NCBI GenBank assembly: GCA_045637985.1
Contig: JAZUAM010000006.1
Coordinates: forward strand, 10,726-74,725
Origin: Alphaproteobacteria bacterium
GTDB taxonomy: Bacteria > Pseudomonadota > Alphaproteobacteria > RF32 > CAG-239
DNA: 64,000 nt
Direction of reading: 5' to 3'
Shown here piece after piece: positions 28,715-37,514 of the stretch. Numbering within the stretch: the first letter of the stretch is position 1; every line of letters starts with the position of its first letter. The position numbers and the translations under genes were made by a program. The notes below the pieces were generated by a model, which had not been told where the DNA came from, ran no database searches, and saw only the letters and a program-made list of their open reading frames with translations.

Positions 28715-29760
28715 TTGATGAGAGAATTGTAAGTCCGGAAAAACAAGTCGGAGATGAAAGCAGTAGTAATATGCCGGTTAATTTGCGTCCGAATAGTTTA
28801 AATGATTTTGTGGGACAAAAATCCGTTTGTGAAAATTTGAAAGTTTTTATTGATGCAGCAAAGGGGAGAAGCGAAGCTTTAGATCACGTTTTATTGTTTG
28901 GTCCTCCGGGACTTGGTAAGACAACGTTAGCTTCGATTGTGGCAAAAGAATTAGGAGTTGGGTTTAGAGCAACATCGGCTCCGATGATTTCAAAATCCGG
29001 TGATTTGGCTGCGATATTAACTAATTTGGAACGTAATGATGTTTTGTTTATTGATGAAATACATCGATTGAATCCTGCAATTGAAGAAGTTTTGTATTCG
29101 GCGATGGAAGATTTTCAACTTGATTTAATTATTGGTGAAGGGCCATCAGCCAGATCTGTAAGAATTGATTTGCAACCATTTACGTTGGTTGGAGCAACAA
29201 CCAGATCGGGGATGTTGTCTACCCCATTGAGAGAACGTTTTGGTATTCCGTTACGACTTGATTTTTATTCGCCGGAAGATTTGCAAAAAATAGTTTTAAG
29301 AGGGGCAAGGTTGTTGAATATGCCTTTGTCTGAAATAGGTGCTTTAGAAATAGCCAAACGTTCTCGAGGAACTCCTCGTGTCGCAGGAAGGTTGCTCAGA
29401 AGAGTACGCGATTTCGGGGCTGTTTGTAATGTGAAGGAGATTGATAATAAAATAGCAGATGGCGCATTAAAACGTTTGGATGTTGATGATTTTGGATTGG
29501 ATGCTTTTGATAGGCGTTATCTTAATTGTATTCTGCAAAATTATGGTGGAGGTCCCGTTGGGGCAGATACTTTAGCCGCGGCGTTATCAGAAGAAAGAGA
29601 TACTATTGAAGAAGTAATAGAACCGTTTTTGTTAAAGTTGGGTTTTTTACAAAGAACTCCTCGAGGAAGAGTTATTTCGGATTTGGGATGTCAGTATTTG
29701 GGGGTTCCAAAGTTGAAAAAAGAAAAATATAACTCTCAGTTAGATTTGTTGGAAGGATAA
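28711..29760 (+). CDS. ruvB: Holliday junction DNA helicase RuvB
   Basis: [12 protein letters not shown]..., Walker [12 protein letters not shown], Walker [10 protein letters not shown], sensor [16 protein letters not shown]. Confidence 0.97.
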   Translation: MIDERIVSPEKQVGDESSSNMPVNLRPNSLNDFVGQKSVCENLKVFIDAAKGRSEALDHVLLFGPPGLGKTTLASIVAKELGVGFRATSAPMISKSGDLAAILTNLERNDVLFIDEIHRLNPAIEEVLYSAMEDFQLDLIIGEGPSARSVRIDLQPFTLVGATTRSGMLSTPLRERFGIPLRLDFYSPEDLQKIVLRGARLLNMPLSEIGALEIAKRSRGTPRVAGRLLRRVRDFGAVCNVKEIDNKIADGALKRLDVDDFGLDAFDRRYLNCILQNYGGGPVGADTLAAALSEERDTIEEVIEPFLLKLGFLQRTPRGRVISDLGCQYLGVPKLKKEKYNSQLDLLEG

Positions 29761-29764
29761 TCAG

Positions 29765-30205
29765 ATGATTGTTAAATCTGTTGCTCCGGCTGTCGGAGAA
29801 TTGGTTGATAAAGAGTTTTTATTTCCGGTGAGGGTATATTATGAAGATACGGATGCCGGAGGTATTGTATATTATGCAAATTATCTCAAATTTGCAGAGC
29901 GTTGTCGTACAGAATTTATAAGAACATTAGGAGCCAAACAACAAGAAGACTTGCAAAGTCCGGAAAAAACAGCTTGGGTTGTGCGTCATTGTGAAGCAGA
30001 TTATATGGCTCCGGCTGTGTTAGATGATGAATTGATTGTAAGTTGTCGTATAACAGGGCTTGGTGGTGTTACTGTTACAATGCACCAAGAAATTCGTCGA
30101 GGACAAGATGTTTTGGTAGCTATTGATGTGAAAGCGGCTCATATATCGTTGGCAACCAAAAAGCCGGTGCGTATACAAAAATCATTGATGGAAAAGCTTA
30201 TATAG
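29765..30205 (+). CDS. ybgC: Tol-Pal-associated acyl-CoA thioesterase YbgC (hotdog fold)
   Basis: FPVRVYYEDTDAGGIVYYANYLKFAE is the 4HBT/YbgC signature. Located between ruvB and tolQ, as in many proteobacteria. Confidence 0.85.
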   Translation: MIVKSVAPAVGELVDKEFLFPVRVYYEDTDAGGIVYYANYLKFAERCRTEFIRTLGAKQQEDLQSPEKTAWVVRHCEADYMAPAVLDDELIVSCRITGLGGVTVTMHQEIRRGQDVLVAIDVKAAHISLATKKPVRIQKSLMEKLI

Positions 30206-30274
30206 TTGAAAGTTATTTTGATTGCTTAAACGCCAAATCTAAAGCTTTTTGTGCATAACTTCTTTAACTGGATT

Positions 30275-30432
30275 GATGACGGAAGAGAGTCATCGCTTGA
30301 GCGCTTTTTTTCTGTCATGTTGAGCGGAGCGAAACATCTCAATGAGGTTAAAGGCGAGGGGGATCCTTCACTGCGTTCAGGATGACGGAGGGGCGTTCAG
30401 GATGACGGAGGGGCGGTAGTGATGACGGAAGA
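30275..30432. repeat. GC-rich cluster of short hairpin repeats and a 20-bp tandem repeat
   Basis: GATGACGG occurs at 30275, 30381, 30401 and 30421. Hairpin GATGAC-N8-GTCATC at 30275-30294. Element GTCATGTTGAGCGGAGCGAAACATC at 30314-30338 and an inverted homolog at 30362-30386. GCGTTCAGGATGACGGAGGG occurs twice exactly (30373-30412), followed by a 14/20 third copy. Confidence 0.9.
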
Positions 30433-30470
30433 AGGGTATATGAGTAATGGTGTAAAAATTTGCTTAAAAC

Positions 30471-30498
30471 TTGATTTAGTTAATTGAAAATTTAATAT
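30471..30498 (+). promoter_or_regulatory. Sigma70-like promoter candidate for tolQRA
   Basis: TTGATT (30471-30476), 16-nt spacer, TAATAT (30493-30498). Confidence 0.3.
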
Positions 30499-30550
30499 TT
30501 CTTGTTATGTTGCGTTAAAATAACGTTGTTTTTTGCTTAAGGAAAAAAAT

Positions 30551-31288
30551 ATGGAAACTGAAACTTTACAAGAAGTTGCAAATAGTTCTTCGATGTGGGA
30601 TTTGTTGTGGTCATCAGATACAGTTACTAAAGTTGTTTTAATCGGGTTGATTTTAGCTTCGGTTTGGTCATGGGCAATTATTTTTGAAAAAATAGGTACA
30701 TTGCGTCAGTTAAAACAACGAACTGCTAAATTTGAAGAAAAGTTTTGGTCCGGCGGATCGTTAGACAGATTGTATGATTCTTTGGGAGCACATCCGAATG
30801 AGCCTATGGCCGATATGTTTGTTGCGGCAATGAAAGAATGGAAACGTACGAATATTCTGAAATCAAAAACAGATAGAGGTTTGCGAGGAGTATCATTGCA
30901 ACAAAGAATAGAGAAAGCAATGGTTGTGACAATGGACAAAGATTTGAATGCTTTGGAGACCAGATTGGGATTTTTAGCTTCGACAGGGTCGGTTGCTCCG
31001 TTAGTTGGTTTGTTTGGGACTGTTTGGGGAATTATTAACAGTTTTAATGCTATTGCTTTAACCCAAAGTAATTCGTTGTCGGCTATGGCTCCAGGTATTG
31101 CCGAAGCTTTGTTTACTACGGCATTCGGTTTGATTGCGGCTATTCCTGCAGTTGTTGCGTATAATAAGATTTCGTCTGATTTAGATAGATATGCGAAAAA
31201 ATTGGAAGCATTTATGTCTGAGTTTTCAACAATTTTATCGCGCGAAATTGATGATACGGCAATTAGGGCAGAGATGGCAGGAGAATAA
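30551..31288 (+). CDS. tolQ: Tol-Pal system protein TolQ
   Basis: MotA/TolQ/ExbB family: three TM helices and a conserved ...GLFGTVWGIINSF...APGIAEALFTTAFGLIAAIPAVVAYN block. ATG at 30551 (AAGGA RBS) preferred over the TTG at 30533. Confidence 0.92.
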   Translation: METETLQEVANSSSMWDLLWSSDTVTKVVLIGLILASVWSWAIIFEKIGTLRQLKQRTAKFEEKFWSGGSLDRLYDSLGAHPNEPMADMFVAAMKEWKRTNILKSKTDRGLRGVSLQQRIEKAMVVTMDKDLNALETRLGFLASTGSVAPLVGLFGTVWGIINSFNAIALTQSNSLSAMAPGIAEALFTTAFGLIAAIPAVVAYNKISSDLDRYAKKLEAFMSEFSTILSREIDDTAIRAEMAGE

Positions 31289-31290
31289 TA

Positions 31291-31719
31291 ATGAAAATTA
31301 ATACTCGACGCAGATCCAGCAGATATCAGTTAAATTCGGAAATTAATATTACCAATTTGATGGATGTTATGATGGTTTTGTTGGTCGTGTTTATGGTGGC
31401 GGCTCCATTGATGACTTCCGGTATTGCGTTGGATTTGCCTAAGGTGGGGGGCAAAACTTTGGAAGGCGAAGATACGTCTATTAATATCAGTGTTGATAAG
31501 GAAGGTTATTATTATATCGGACAGACAGAAGTTCCGGCAGATAAAATAGTATCGAAGCTTAATGCAATAAAAGAACAAAATAGTGAAGTTACGGTTACGA
31601 TTTCCGGTGATGAAGGTGCTGAGTATGGTAGGGTTATCGGTTTAATGGCAATATTGAAAGAAGCAGGTTTTGATAAGGTCGGTCTTAAAACAGAACCTAA
31701 AATTAATAGGAAAAAATAA
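31291..31719 (+). CDS. tolR: Tol-Pal system protein TolR (ExbD/TolR family)
   Basis: 142 aa. ...INITNLMDVMMVLLVVFMV TM helix with the conserved Asp, then a periplasmic domain. Confidence 0.9.
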   Translation: MKINTRRRSSRYQLNSEINITNLMDVMMVLLVVFMVAAPLMTSGIALDLPKVGGKTLEGEDTSINISVDKEGYYYIGQTEVPADKIVSKLNAIKEQNSEVTVTISGDEGAEYGRVIGLMAILKEAGFDKVGLKTEPKINRKK

Positions 31720-31725
31720 AATAAT

Positions 31726-32658
31726 ATGAATTCGGCATTGAAAAAATCGATTGCTTTACACGTTGTGGTTTTTCTGTTGTTTGTAGTTGAAATGCCAATG
31801 TTTTGGTGGAATCGTACTCAACCGAGCCAAGTGCCGATTATTGTCGATTTAAAAGATGTTAAAATTTCGGAAATGACAAATCTTCCTCCAAAAGCTAAAA
31901 TAGGGAAAGAGGATAAAGAGGCGAGCCAAGTTAAACGAAAAGTTGAGAAAAAATATACCAAAGAAGAAGCTAAAGTTGAACCTGAAGTTAAAGAAGAAAA
32001 TATAAAGGAAAAAGAAGCTGAAAGTGAGCCGGTTGCCAAACCGGAACCGCCAAAAAAAGATTTTATGGTTGCTCCTCAACCGAAAAAACCACAAATGAAA
32101 GTTAAACCAAAGAAGCTAGATAAGGTTAAACCCAAAAAGCAAGAGCAAAAGAAACAACCGTCTAAAAAAGAAAATAAAGAAGAACCTCAGTTAGCGAATC
32201 CGTTAAAGAGTTTGTTGGCCAGTGTTGATGCTTTGGAAAAAGAAGCGGATAAATCGACTACCGCAACAATTAAGGAAGGGACAGAGGTGGCTAATATGGG
32301 GGTTGAAGGAGGAACTGTCGGTTCATATTTTAGTGAGCTTTCGATTTCGGAAATGGATGCTTTAGCCGGACAATTGCGTGCTTGTTGGAATCTTGATCCG
32401 GGTGCTATGGGTATTGAAGATATGGTTGTGGAAATTAAAGCTCAACTTAATCAGGATGGCACCGTGCGGTCGGTTGATATTCAGAATACGGCAAGATATA
32501 ATACTGATAGTTATTTTAGGTCTGTGGCAGAAAGTGCAAGACGAGCAGTGTATATTTGCGCACCATATAAGATATTGTCAGAAAAGTATGCTGAAAAATA
32601 TGATGAATGGCGTTTGTTACGTTTGAGATTTAATCCGATTGATCAATCTGTAAGATAA
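31726..32658 (+). CDS. tolA: Cell envelope integrity protein TolA
   Basis: N-terminal TM helix, long K/E/P-rich linker and a C-terminal TolA/TonB-like domain (...LRACWNLDPGA...DGTVRSVDIQ...). Its position after tolR supports the call. Confidence 0.8.
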   Translation: MNSALKKSIALHVVVFLLFVVEMPMFWWNRTQPSQVPIIVDLKDVKISEMTNLPPKAKIGKEDKEASQVKRKVEKKYTKEEAKVEPEVKEENIKEKEAESEPVAKPEPPKKDFMVAPQPKKPQMKVKPKKLDKVKPKKQEQKKQPSKKENKEEPQLANPLKSLLASVDALEKEADKSTTATIKEGTEVANMGVEGGTVGSYFSELSISEMDALAGQLRACWNLDPGAMGIEDMVVEIKAQLNQDGTVRSVDIQNTARYNTDSYFRSVAESARRAVYICAPYKILSEKYAEKYDEWRLLRLRFNPIDQSVR

Positions 32659-32668
32659 AGGGGCAAAG

Positions 32669-33553
32669 ATGAAGCAGATTAAAAAAGTTGCACTTATTTC
32701 TCCTTCGGTAATGCTTTCCGAGCGCGAGTTGAATCCGGATTTGTGGTTGGAATATTTTGAAAAATTAAAATTAAATGTTGTGATGATGCCGACAGCTTTG
32801 AGCGGGAGATGTTTGAGTACTTTTCAGGCAAAAGAAAAAGCAAAAGATATAATGGATGCGTATGAGGATGATAGTGTTGATGCTTTGATAGCTGTTCATG
32901 GCGGAGCTTCGGCATTAAGGGTTTTGGAATATTTGGATTTTGATGTTATAAAGAAAAATAAAAAACCTATTGTAGGATTTTCAGATACAACATCGTTACA
33001 ATTTGGAATTTATGGAAAAACAGGTAATTCGTATGTTACGGGTTTTTTTCCTGAGTATGAATTTAGAAATGGGGTTATACATCCAAATGTAGATGAAGGG
33101 TTTAGAGCGTTTTTGCGTGGAGATGTTTTTAAAAATGTATCGGGAGAATGTGTTCATAAGGGGGTTACTGAAGGTATTCTTATAGGTGGAAATATGTCAA
33201 CAATATCGGATTTATCAGGGACACCTTATTATCCGGATTTGTCGGACAAAATTTTATTGTTGGAAGATGAATGCGAAAAGTCATATAAGTTGAAGCTTAT
33301 GCTGACACAGTTGAAATATAATCCTACGTTTGCAATGGTTAAGGGGATTGTGTTTGGTAAATTCAGCGAATGTGAAGATCATATTACACACGGTAGCGTA
33401 GAAAGTGTTATTGATGATTTTGCGGCTCAGATTAATGTTCCGATGATTAAAAGTTTTAATTATGGACATTTTAAGGACAGATGTGTTTTAACTTGTGGAG
33501 TACGTTATAAATTTGATGCTGAAAAGTGTCTTTTGGAACAAATTGAAGAATAG
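32669..33553 (+). CDS. LD-carboxypeptidase (peptidase S66), copy 1
   Basis: 294 aa. S66 pattern with nucleophile motif GFSDTTS and late E/H residues (LLLEDECE...NYGHF). Starts 10 nt after the tolA stop. Confidence 0.75.
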   Translation: MKQIKKVALISPSVMLSERELNPDLWLEYFEKLKLNVVMMPTALSGRCLSTFQAKEKAKDIMDAYEDDSVDALIAVHGGASALRVLEYLDFDVIKKNKKPIVGFSDTTSLQFGIYGKTGNSYVTGFFPEYEFRNGVIHPNVDEGFRAFLRGDVFKNVSGECVHKGVTEGILIGGNMSTISDLSGTPYYPDLSDKILLLEDECEKSYKLKLMLTQLKYNPTFAMVKGIVFGKFSECEDHITHGSVESVIDDFAAQINVPMIKSFNYGHFKDRCVLTCGVRYKFDAEKCLLEQIEE

Positions 33554-33599
33554 TTTAAAAAAATGCTTGATTTATGTTAGAATCTTATGTATTAGTTTA

Positions 33600-33632
33600 T
33601 ACGCAGCCGAAGTGAACAGGCTGCGTATTTTT
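33600..33632 (+). terminator. Rho-independent terminator after the tol/LD-carboxypeptidase unit
   Basis: TACGCAGCC (33600-33608) / GGCTGCGTA (33619-33627) followed by TTTTT. It ends right before the tRNA. Confidence 0.75.
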
Positions 33633-33708
33633 AGGGGTATAGCTCAGTTGGTAGAGCACCGGTCTCCAAAACCGGGTGTCGTGAGTTCGAATCTTACTGC
33701 CCCTGCCA
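33633..33708 (+). tRNA. trnW: tRNA-Trp (anticodon CCA)
   Basis: 76 nt cloverleaf. Acceptor AGGGGTA/TGCCCCT, D arm GCTCAGTTGGTAGAGC, anticodon stem CCGGT/ACCGG with loop CTCCAAA (CCA at 33666-33668), T arm GTGAG-TTCGAAT-CTTAC, encoded 3' CCA. Canonical position upstream of secE-nusG. Confidence 0.95.
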
Positions 33709-33740
33709 GTTTGGTTTTAGTTGATATTTAAGGAAAAGTT

Positions 33741-33938
33741 ATGGCAAAAGTCAGTCCGTTGCAGTTTTTCCGTCAGGTTAAACAAGAAGTTAAAAAGGTT
33801 ACTTGGCCTACAAGAAAAGAAGTTACTCAGAGTTTGATTATGGTTGTGGTTTTGGTTGCAATCGCATCGACGTTTTTCTTTTTTGTAGATCAGATTTTGG
33901 GTTGGATTGTCAAAACTGTATTTTCGCTTGGAGTGTAA
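33741..33938 (+). CDS. secE: Preprotein translocase subunit SecE
   Basis: 65 aa. ...FFRQVKQEVKKVTWPTRKEV... followed by a single TM helix. Confidence 0.92.
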   Translation: MAKVSPLQFFRQVKQEVKKVTWPTRKEVTQSLIMVVVLVAIASTFFFFVDQILGWIVKTVFSLGV

Positions 33939-33944
33939 GGTAAT

Positions 33945-34475
33945 ATGAACGCTAAGTGGTATGTTGTTAATGTTCATTCGGGATGTGAGAAAAAAGTTGC
34001 TCAGTCTATTAATGAACAAGTTGCGTTGAAAAAATGGGAAGACCGAATCTTGGAAATAATGATTCCTACCGAGGAGGTTGTTGAGGTTAAAAAAGGGGCA
34101 AAGGTTACAAGTGAACGTAAGTTTTTTCCCGGATATATTTTGGTTAAAATGGTTATGTCTGATGAGGCATGGCATTTGATTAAAAATAATCCGAATGTTA
34201 GTGGTTTCTTGGGGTCAAGAAATAAACCCTATCCGATTACTGAGGCTGAAGCACAACGCATTATAACACAAATGCAAGAAGGTGTAGAACGTCCACGTGA
34301 AGTTGTTAACTTTGAAATAGGCGAACAAGTCAGAGTTTGTGATGGACCGTTTGCTTCTTTTGTCGGTTTGATTGAAGAAGTTGATACTGAAAGAGCCAGA
34401 GTTAAGGTTTCAGTTTCGATTTTTGGTCGTTCGACTCCGGTTGAGTTGGAATATTCTCAGGTTGAGAAAATTTAG
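33945..34475 (+). CDS. nusG: Transcription termination/antitermination factor NusG
   Basis: WYVVNVHSGCEKKV... NGN domain, FPGYILVKM, and a C-terminal KOW (GEQVRVCDGPFASFVGLIEEVD). Confidence 0.95.
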   Translation: MNAKWYVVNVHSGCEKKVAQSINEQVALKKWEDRILEIMIPTEEVVEVKKGAKVTSERKFFPGYILVKMVMSDEAWHLIKNNPNVSGFLGSRNKPYPITEAEAQRIITQMQEGVERPREVVNFEIGEQVRVCDGPFASFVGLIEEVDTERARVKVSVSIFGRSTPVELEYSQVEKI

Positions 34476-34483
34476 TTTGTATA

Positions 34484-34507
34484 GCGCCGCCTTTGTAGGC
34501 GGCGTTT
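34484..34507 (+). terminator. Rho-independent terminator after nusG
   Basis: GCGCCGCC (34484-34491) / GGCGGCG (34498-34504) followed by TTT (short T run). Confidence 0.6.
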
Positions 34508-34538
34508 AGTCTTTAAAATATTGTCGGGAGATATACTA

Positions 34539-35030
34539 ATGTTTAAAAATTTGGCTAACGAATTTAAAAAATTTGCAATGCGCGGTAATGTTATTGATAT
34601 GGCTGTCGGTATCATTATCGGGGCTGCTTTTGGTAAGATTGTAGATTCTTTGGTTAAAGATGTTATTATGCCGCCTATCGGTTTGTTGTTGGGAAAAGTT
34701 GACTTTTCGAACTTATTTTTAGTTTTGAAAGATGGTGCAACTCCTGCTCCGTATAATTCATTGGCAGCAGCTCAAGCTGCCGGTGCGGTTACTATGAATT
34801 TAGGACTTTTTGTTAATGCTATTATCAGTTTCTTGATTGTTGCTTTTGCTGTTTTTATTTTGATTAAGGCAATTAATGAGTTGCAAGCAAAAATGGATAA
34901 AAAAGAGGCTCAAAATATTGTTAAAACAACGAAAGCTTGTCCTTATTGTTGTTCAGAGATACCTTTGAATGCAACACGTTGTCCACAATGTACCTCAGAG
35001 TTGGAATGTGAAACAAAGGAAACAAAATAG
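34539..35030 (+). CDS. mscL: Large-conductance mechanosensitive channel MscL with a C-terminal zinc-ribbon extension
   Basis: [41 protein letters not shown] is the canonical MscL TM1. The C-terminus carries CPYCC-N10-CPQC (nt 34938-34991). ATG at 34539 (GGGAG RBS) preferred over the TTG at 34521. Confidence 0.9.
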   Translation: MFKNLANEFKKFAMRGNVIDMAVGIIIGAAFGKIVDSLVKDVIMPPIGLLLGKVDFSNLFLVLKDGATPAPYNSLAAAQAAGAVTMNLGLFVNAIISFLIVAFAVFILIKAINELQAKMDKKEAQNIVKTTKACPYCCSEIPLNATRCPQCTSELECETKETK

Positions 35031-35040
35031 TCACGGAATA

Positions 35041-35077
35041 AAAAAATTCCCCTTTAATTAAAAAGGGGAATTTTTTT
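35041..35077. terminator. Bidirectional terminator between mscL and the DJ-1 family gene
   Basis: TTCCCC (35047-35052) / GGGGAA (35065-35070) stem, flanked by A6 upstream and T7 downstream. The genes are convergent. Confidence 0.75.
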
Positions 35078-35086
35078 ATGGAATAT

Positions 35087-35647
35087 TTATAGATCTATAA
35101 AGGCACTTGAAGATATATCGTTTATTTGTTTATCTGATATTCCCAAAGCCCGAGCGATTGCAAAACCAAATTCAGATGCTTTTCCCATTCCTTTTGCGGT
35201 AATTATATTATCGGATATTTCGACTGATTTTCCGGAGAATTTGAAGTTTGGATTGTTTGAGAGCCTCTCACAGCCCGGATATCCGGTGATTATTTTATTT
35301 TCGGTTATTCCGGCATCTCTTAATATTATTGGAGCAGCACAAATTGCAGCACAAATTTTGTTTTGTTCATTGGCTTGTTGTACCAGTGAAATAACATTTT
35401 CTGAATCGCGTAAATTGATTGTGCCGGGAAGTCCTCCCGGTAAAATCAGGGCATCAAAATCATTAATAGAAATATCATTTAAGGTAATTTGAGTTGTTAC
35501 ACAGATTCCATGTGCGCCACAAATATTTGTTCCTTTGATTCCTGCCAGTATAATATTTATATCAAGGCGTTTAAGTATATCCGCCGGCATAATTGCTTCA
35601 ACTTCTTCAAAACCATCGGCAAGTAAGATACATACTGTTTTGCTCAT
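35087..35647 (-). CDS. DJ-1/PfpI family protein
   Basis: 186 aa. LLADGFEEVEA..., ILPGG, and nucleophile elbow AAICAAP. Confidence 0.85.
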   Translation of the reverse strand: MSKTVCILLADGFEEVEAIMPADILKRLDINIILAGIKGTNICGAHGICVTTQITLNDISINDFDALILPGGLPGTINLRDSENVISLVQQANEQNKICAAICAAPIILRDAGITENKIITGYPGCERLSNNPNFKFSGKSVEISDNIITAKGMGKASEFGFAIARALGISDKQINDISSSAFIDL

Positions 35648-35648
35648 A

Positions 35649-37403
35649 TTATTTCTCCTGTTGATTTTCGGGATTACTTTCTTGAATTTCTTTTTCTTTA
35701 TATCTGTATAGATTAGATAAAAACTGACGTTCTATATTTTTGTATTTTTTAGACAGCCAAGTTGATTTGTATAAAATTACAACGAAGATTCCCATTAGAG
35801 CATAAGTAACAAAGAAATCTTTGGTAAATAAATGATTTATAACTACCATTATAAAAATTACGATTATAGCCATACGTAAGATAGTACATAAAATTAAAGG
35901 CAGGCGGTTTGTAATACGTTTGTGCCATAATGTAAGATATATACGTGCCAAATCGCTGTTTACCGTGAGTAATCCTTGTAAAAATGGGGACATTGCAGCT
36001 AAGGTTATAAGTGTCGCTGTTAGGTCCGCAATGCGAGGGGGAAGATGTTGGATTAACTGCGGGTGCAATATATAAAAAGATAAATTTATGATTGCAATCA
36101 GTATAATGGATGCAATGCAAAGTTTAAAAAAGTATTTTTTAAATAACTGTTTCCATAATTCTTCTTCAGCATTGGTATCTTTTTTTGAACTTGTATGTGT
36201 ACTTAAGTATTCTTTCCATTTTTGAGGTAATAATTTATGTATAAAATTGTAAAATGGTCTGGCCGATTTTATCATTAATGGTGTAGTGAAGGTGGTTATT
36301 ACAGAAATAGCAACAATACTGGGATACACATATTCTCCAAGAACTCCGATAGCCATACCCGAGGCAGCAATAATAAAGGCAAATTCACCGACTTGAGCTA
36401 ATGAAAATCCACTTAATATTGAAGTTTCCAATCTGTTTCCCGACAATAAAAAACCAAGTGTTGATAGTAGTACTTTTCCTAAAATTACCACTATTGTTAT
36501 AATTGTAATAGGAATTATATATTCAATAAACATATTAGGATCTACCAGCATACCGACAGATGTGAAAAAGACGGCGCCAAATAGGTCTTTTACCGGTTTG
36601 ATGGTATGTTCAATGCGTTCTGCTTCGTCTGTTTCGGCCAATATGGAACCCATGATAAAAGCGCCAAGTGCAGAAGAAAATCCGACAGATGTGGCAATAA
36701 GAACCATTCCTAAGCAAAGAGCCATAGACAATAAAAGAAGTAATTCATCATTTAATAAATGGATTACTTTTTTTAATAATGTCGGAACAAGGTAAACTCC
36801 TGTTATAAACCATAAAACAAGGAAAAATACCAATTTACCCGAACTTATAAGCAGTTCTATTCCATCAACATTTTTTCCGATTGATATGGTGGGAAGTAAA
36901 ACTAAAAGTAAAATTCCGACAACATCCTCAACAATAAGTACGCCGAATACCAAATCGGTAAAACGTTGTCCTTTAACGCCTAATTCTTCAAAAGCTTTAA
37001 TTATAATGGTGGTTGATGACATTGAAATCATACCGCCAAGGAAGAGGCTTTCAGTCGTTGACCATCCTAAATTTAATCCGACGTGATAGCCTATAAGCAA
37101 CATAAATAAAATATTTGCAGATGCTGTGATTATAGCTGATTTGCCCACATTTACTATTTTTTTGAAACTGAATTCAAGTCCAAGACTGAAAAGTAAAAAG
37201 ATAACACCAATATCAGCCCAAATTTGAATATTTTCTTTGTCTGCTGCAGTCGGTAATAAATCAAAATGAGGACCAACAATGATTCCGGCGATAATATATC
37301 CTAATACGACAGGTTGTTTTAATCGTTTAAATAAAACGGTAATAATTCCTGCATATATCATTATCATTGCTAAGTCAGATATCAGGGTTGGTAAATGATG
37401 CAT
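35649..37403 (-). CDS. Cation:proton antiporter (Na+/H+ exchanger, CPA family) membrane protein
   Basis: 584 aa polytopic protein with an N-terminus typical of Kef/NhaP-like exchangers (...LKQPVVLGYIIAGIIVGP...). No RCK domain seen. Confidence 0.7.
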   Translation of the reverse strand: MHHLPTLISDLAMIMIYAGIITVLFKRLKQPVVLGYIIAGIIVGPHFDLLPTAADKENIQIWADIGVIFLLFSLGLEFSFKKIVNVGKSAIITASANILFMLLIGYHVGLNLGWSTTESLFLGGMISMSSTTIIIKAFEELGVKGQRFTDLVFGVLIVEDVVGILLLVLLPTISIGKNVDGIELLISSGKLVFFLVLWFITGVYLVPTLLKKVIHLLNDELLLLLSMALCLGMVLIATSVGFSSALGAFIMGSILAETDEAERIEHTIKPVKDLFGAVFFTSVGMLVDPNMFIEYIIPITIITIVVILGKVLLSTLGFLLSGNRLETSILSGFSLAQVGEFAFIIAASGMAIGVLGEYVYPSIVAISVITTFTTPLMIKSARPFYNFIHKLLPQKWKEYLSTHTSSKKDTNAEEELWKQLFKKYFFKLCIASIILIAIINLSFYILHPQLIQHLPPRIADLTATLITLAAMSPFLQGLLTVNSDLARIYLTLWHKRITNRLPLILCTILRMAIIVIFIMVVINHLFTKDFFVTYALMGIFVVILYKSTWLSKKYKNIERQFLSNLYRYKEKEIQESNPENQQEK

Positions 37404-37514
37404 AAAAAACTCTCGCTAAACAATTATTACTTAAAGCAATCGGATTATATATCTAAATGTTAAATAAATATTTAAGTTATATAATTAGTGTTTGCATTAA
37501 AAGAAAGGTGGATA

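Noticed and set aside
30373-30432. Possible CRISPR-like array (20-bp repeats)
   Set aside because: The units are directly contiguous with no spacers, there are only two exact copies plus one degenerate copy, and no cas genes are present. This is a tandem duplication within a repeat nest.
31818-32094. Minus-strand ORFs (73 and 81 aa) within tolA
   Set aside because: They are antisense frames of the low-complexity K/E/P linker and are composition artefacts.
33633-33708. tRNA-Trp as a possible integration site for a genomic island
   Set aside because: No integrase is present and I noticed no duplicated tRNA 3' end downstream. The flanking genes (secE-nusG) are the canonical neighbours.
33495-33731. 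78-aa plus-strand ORF spanning 33495-33731
   Set aside because: It reads through the terminator hairpin and the whole tRNA-Trp gene, so it is spurious.
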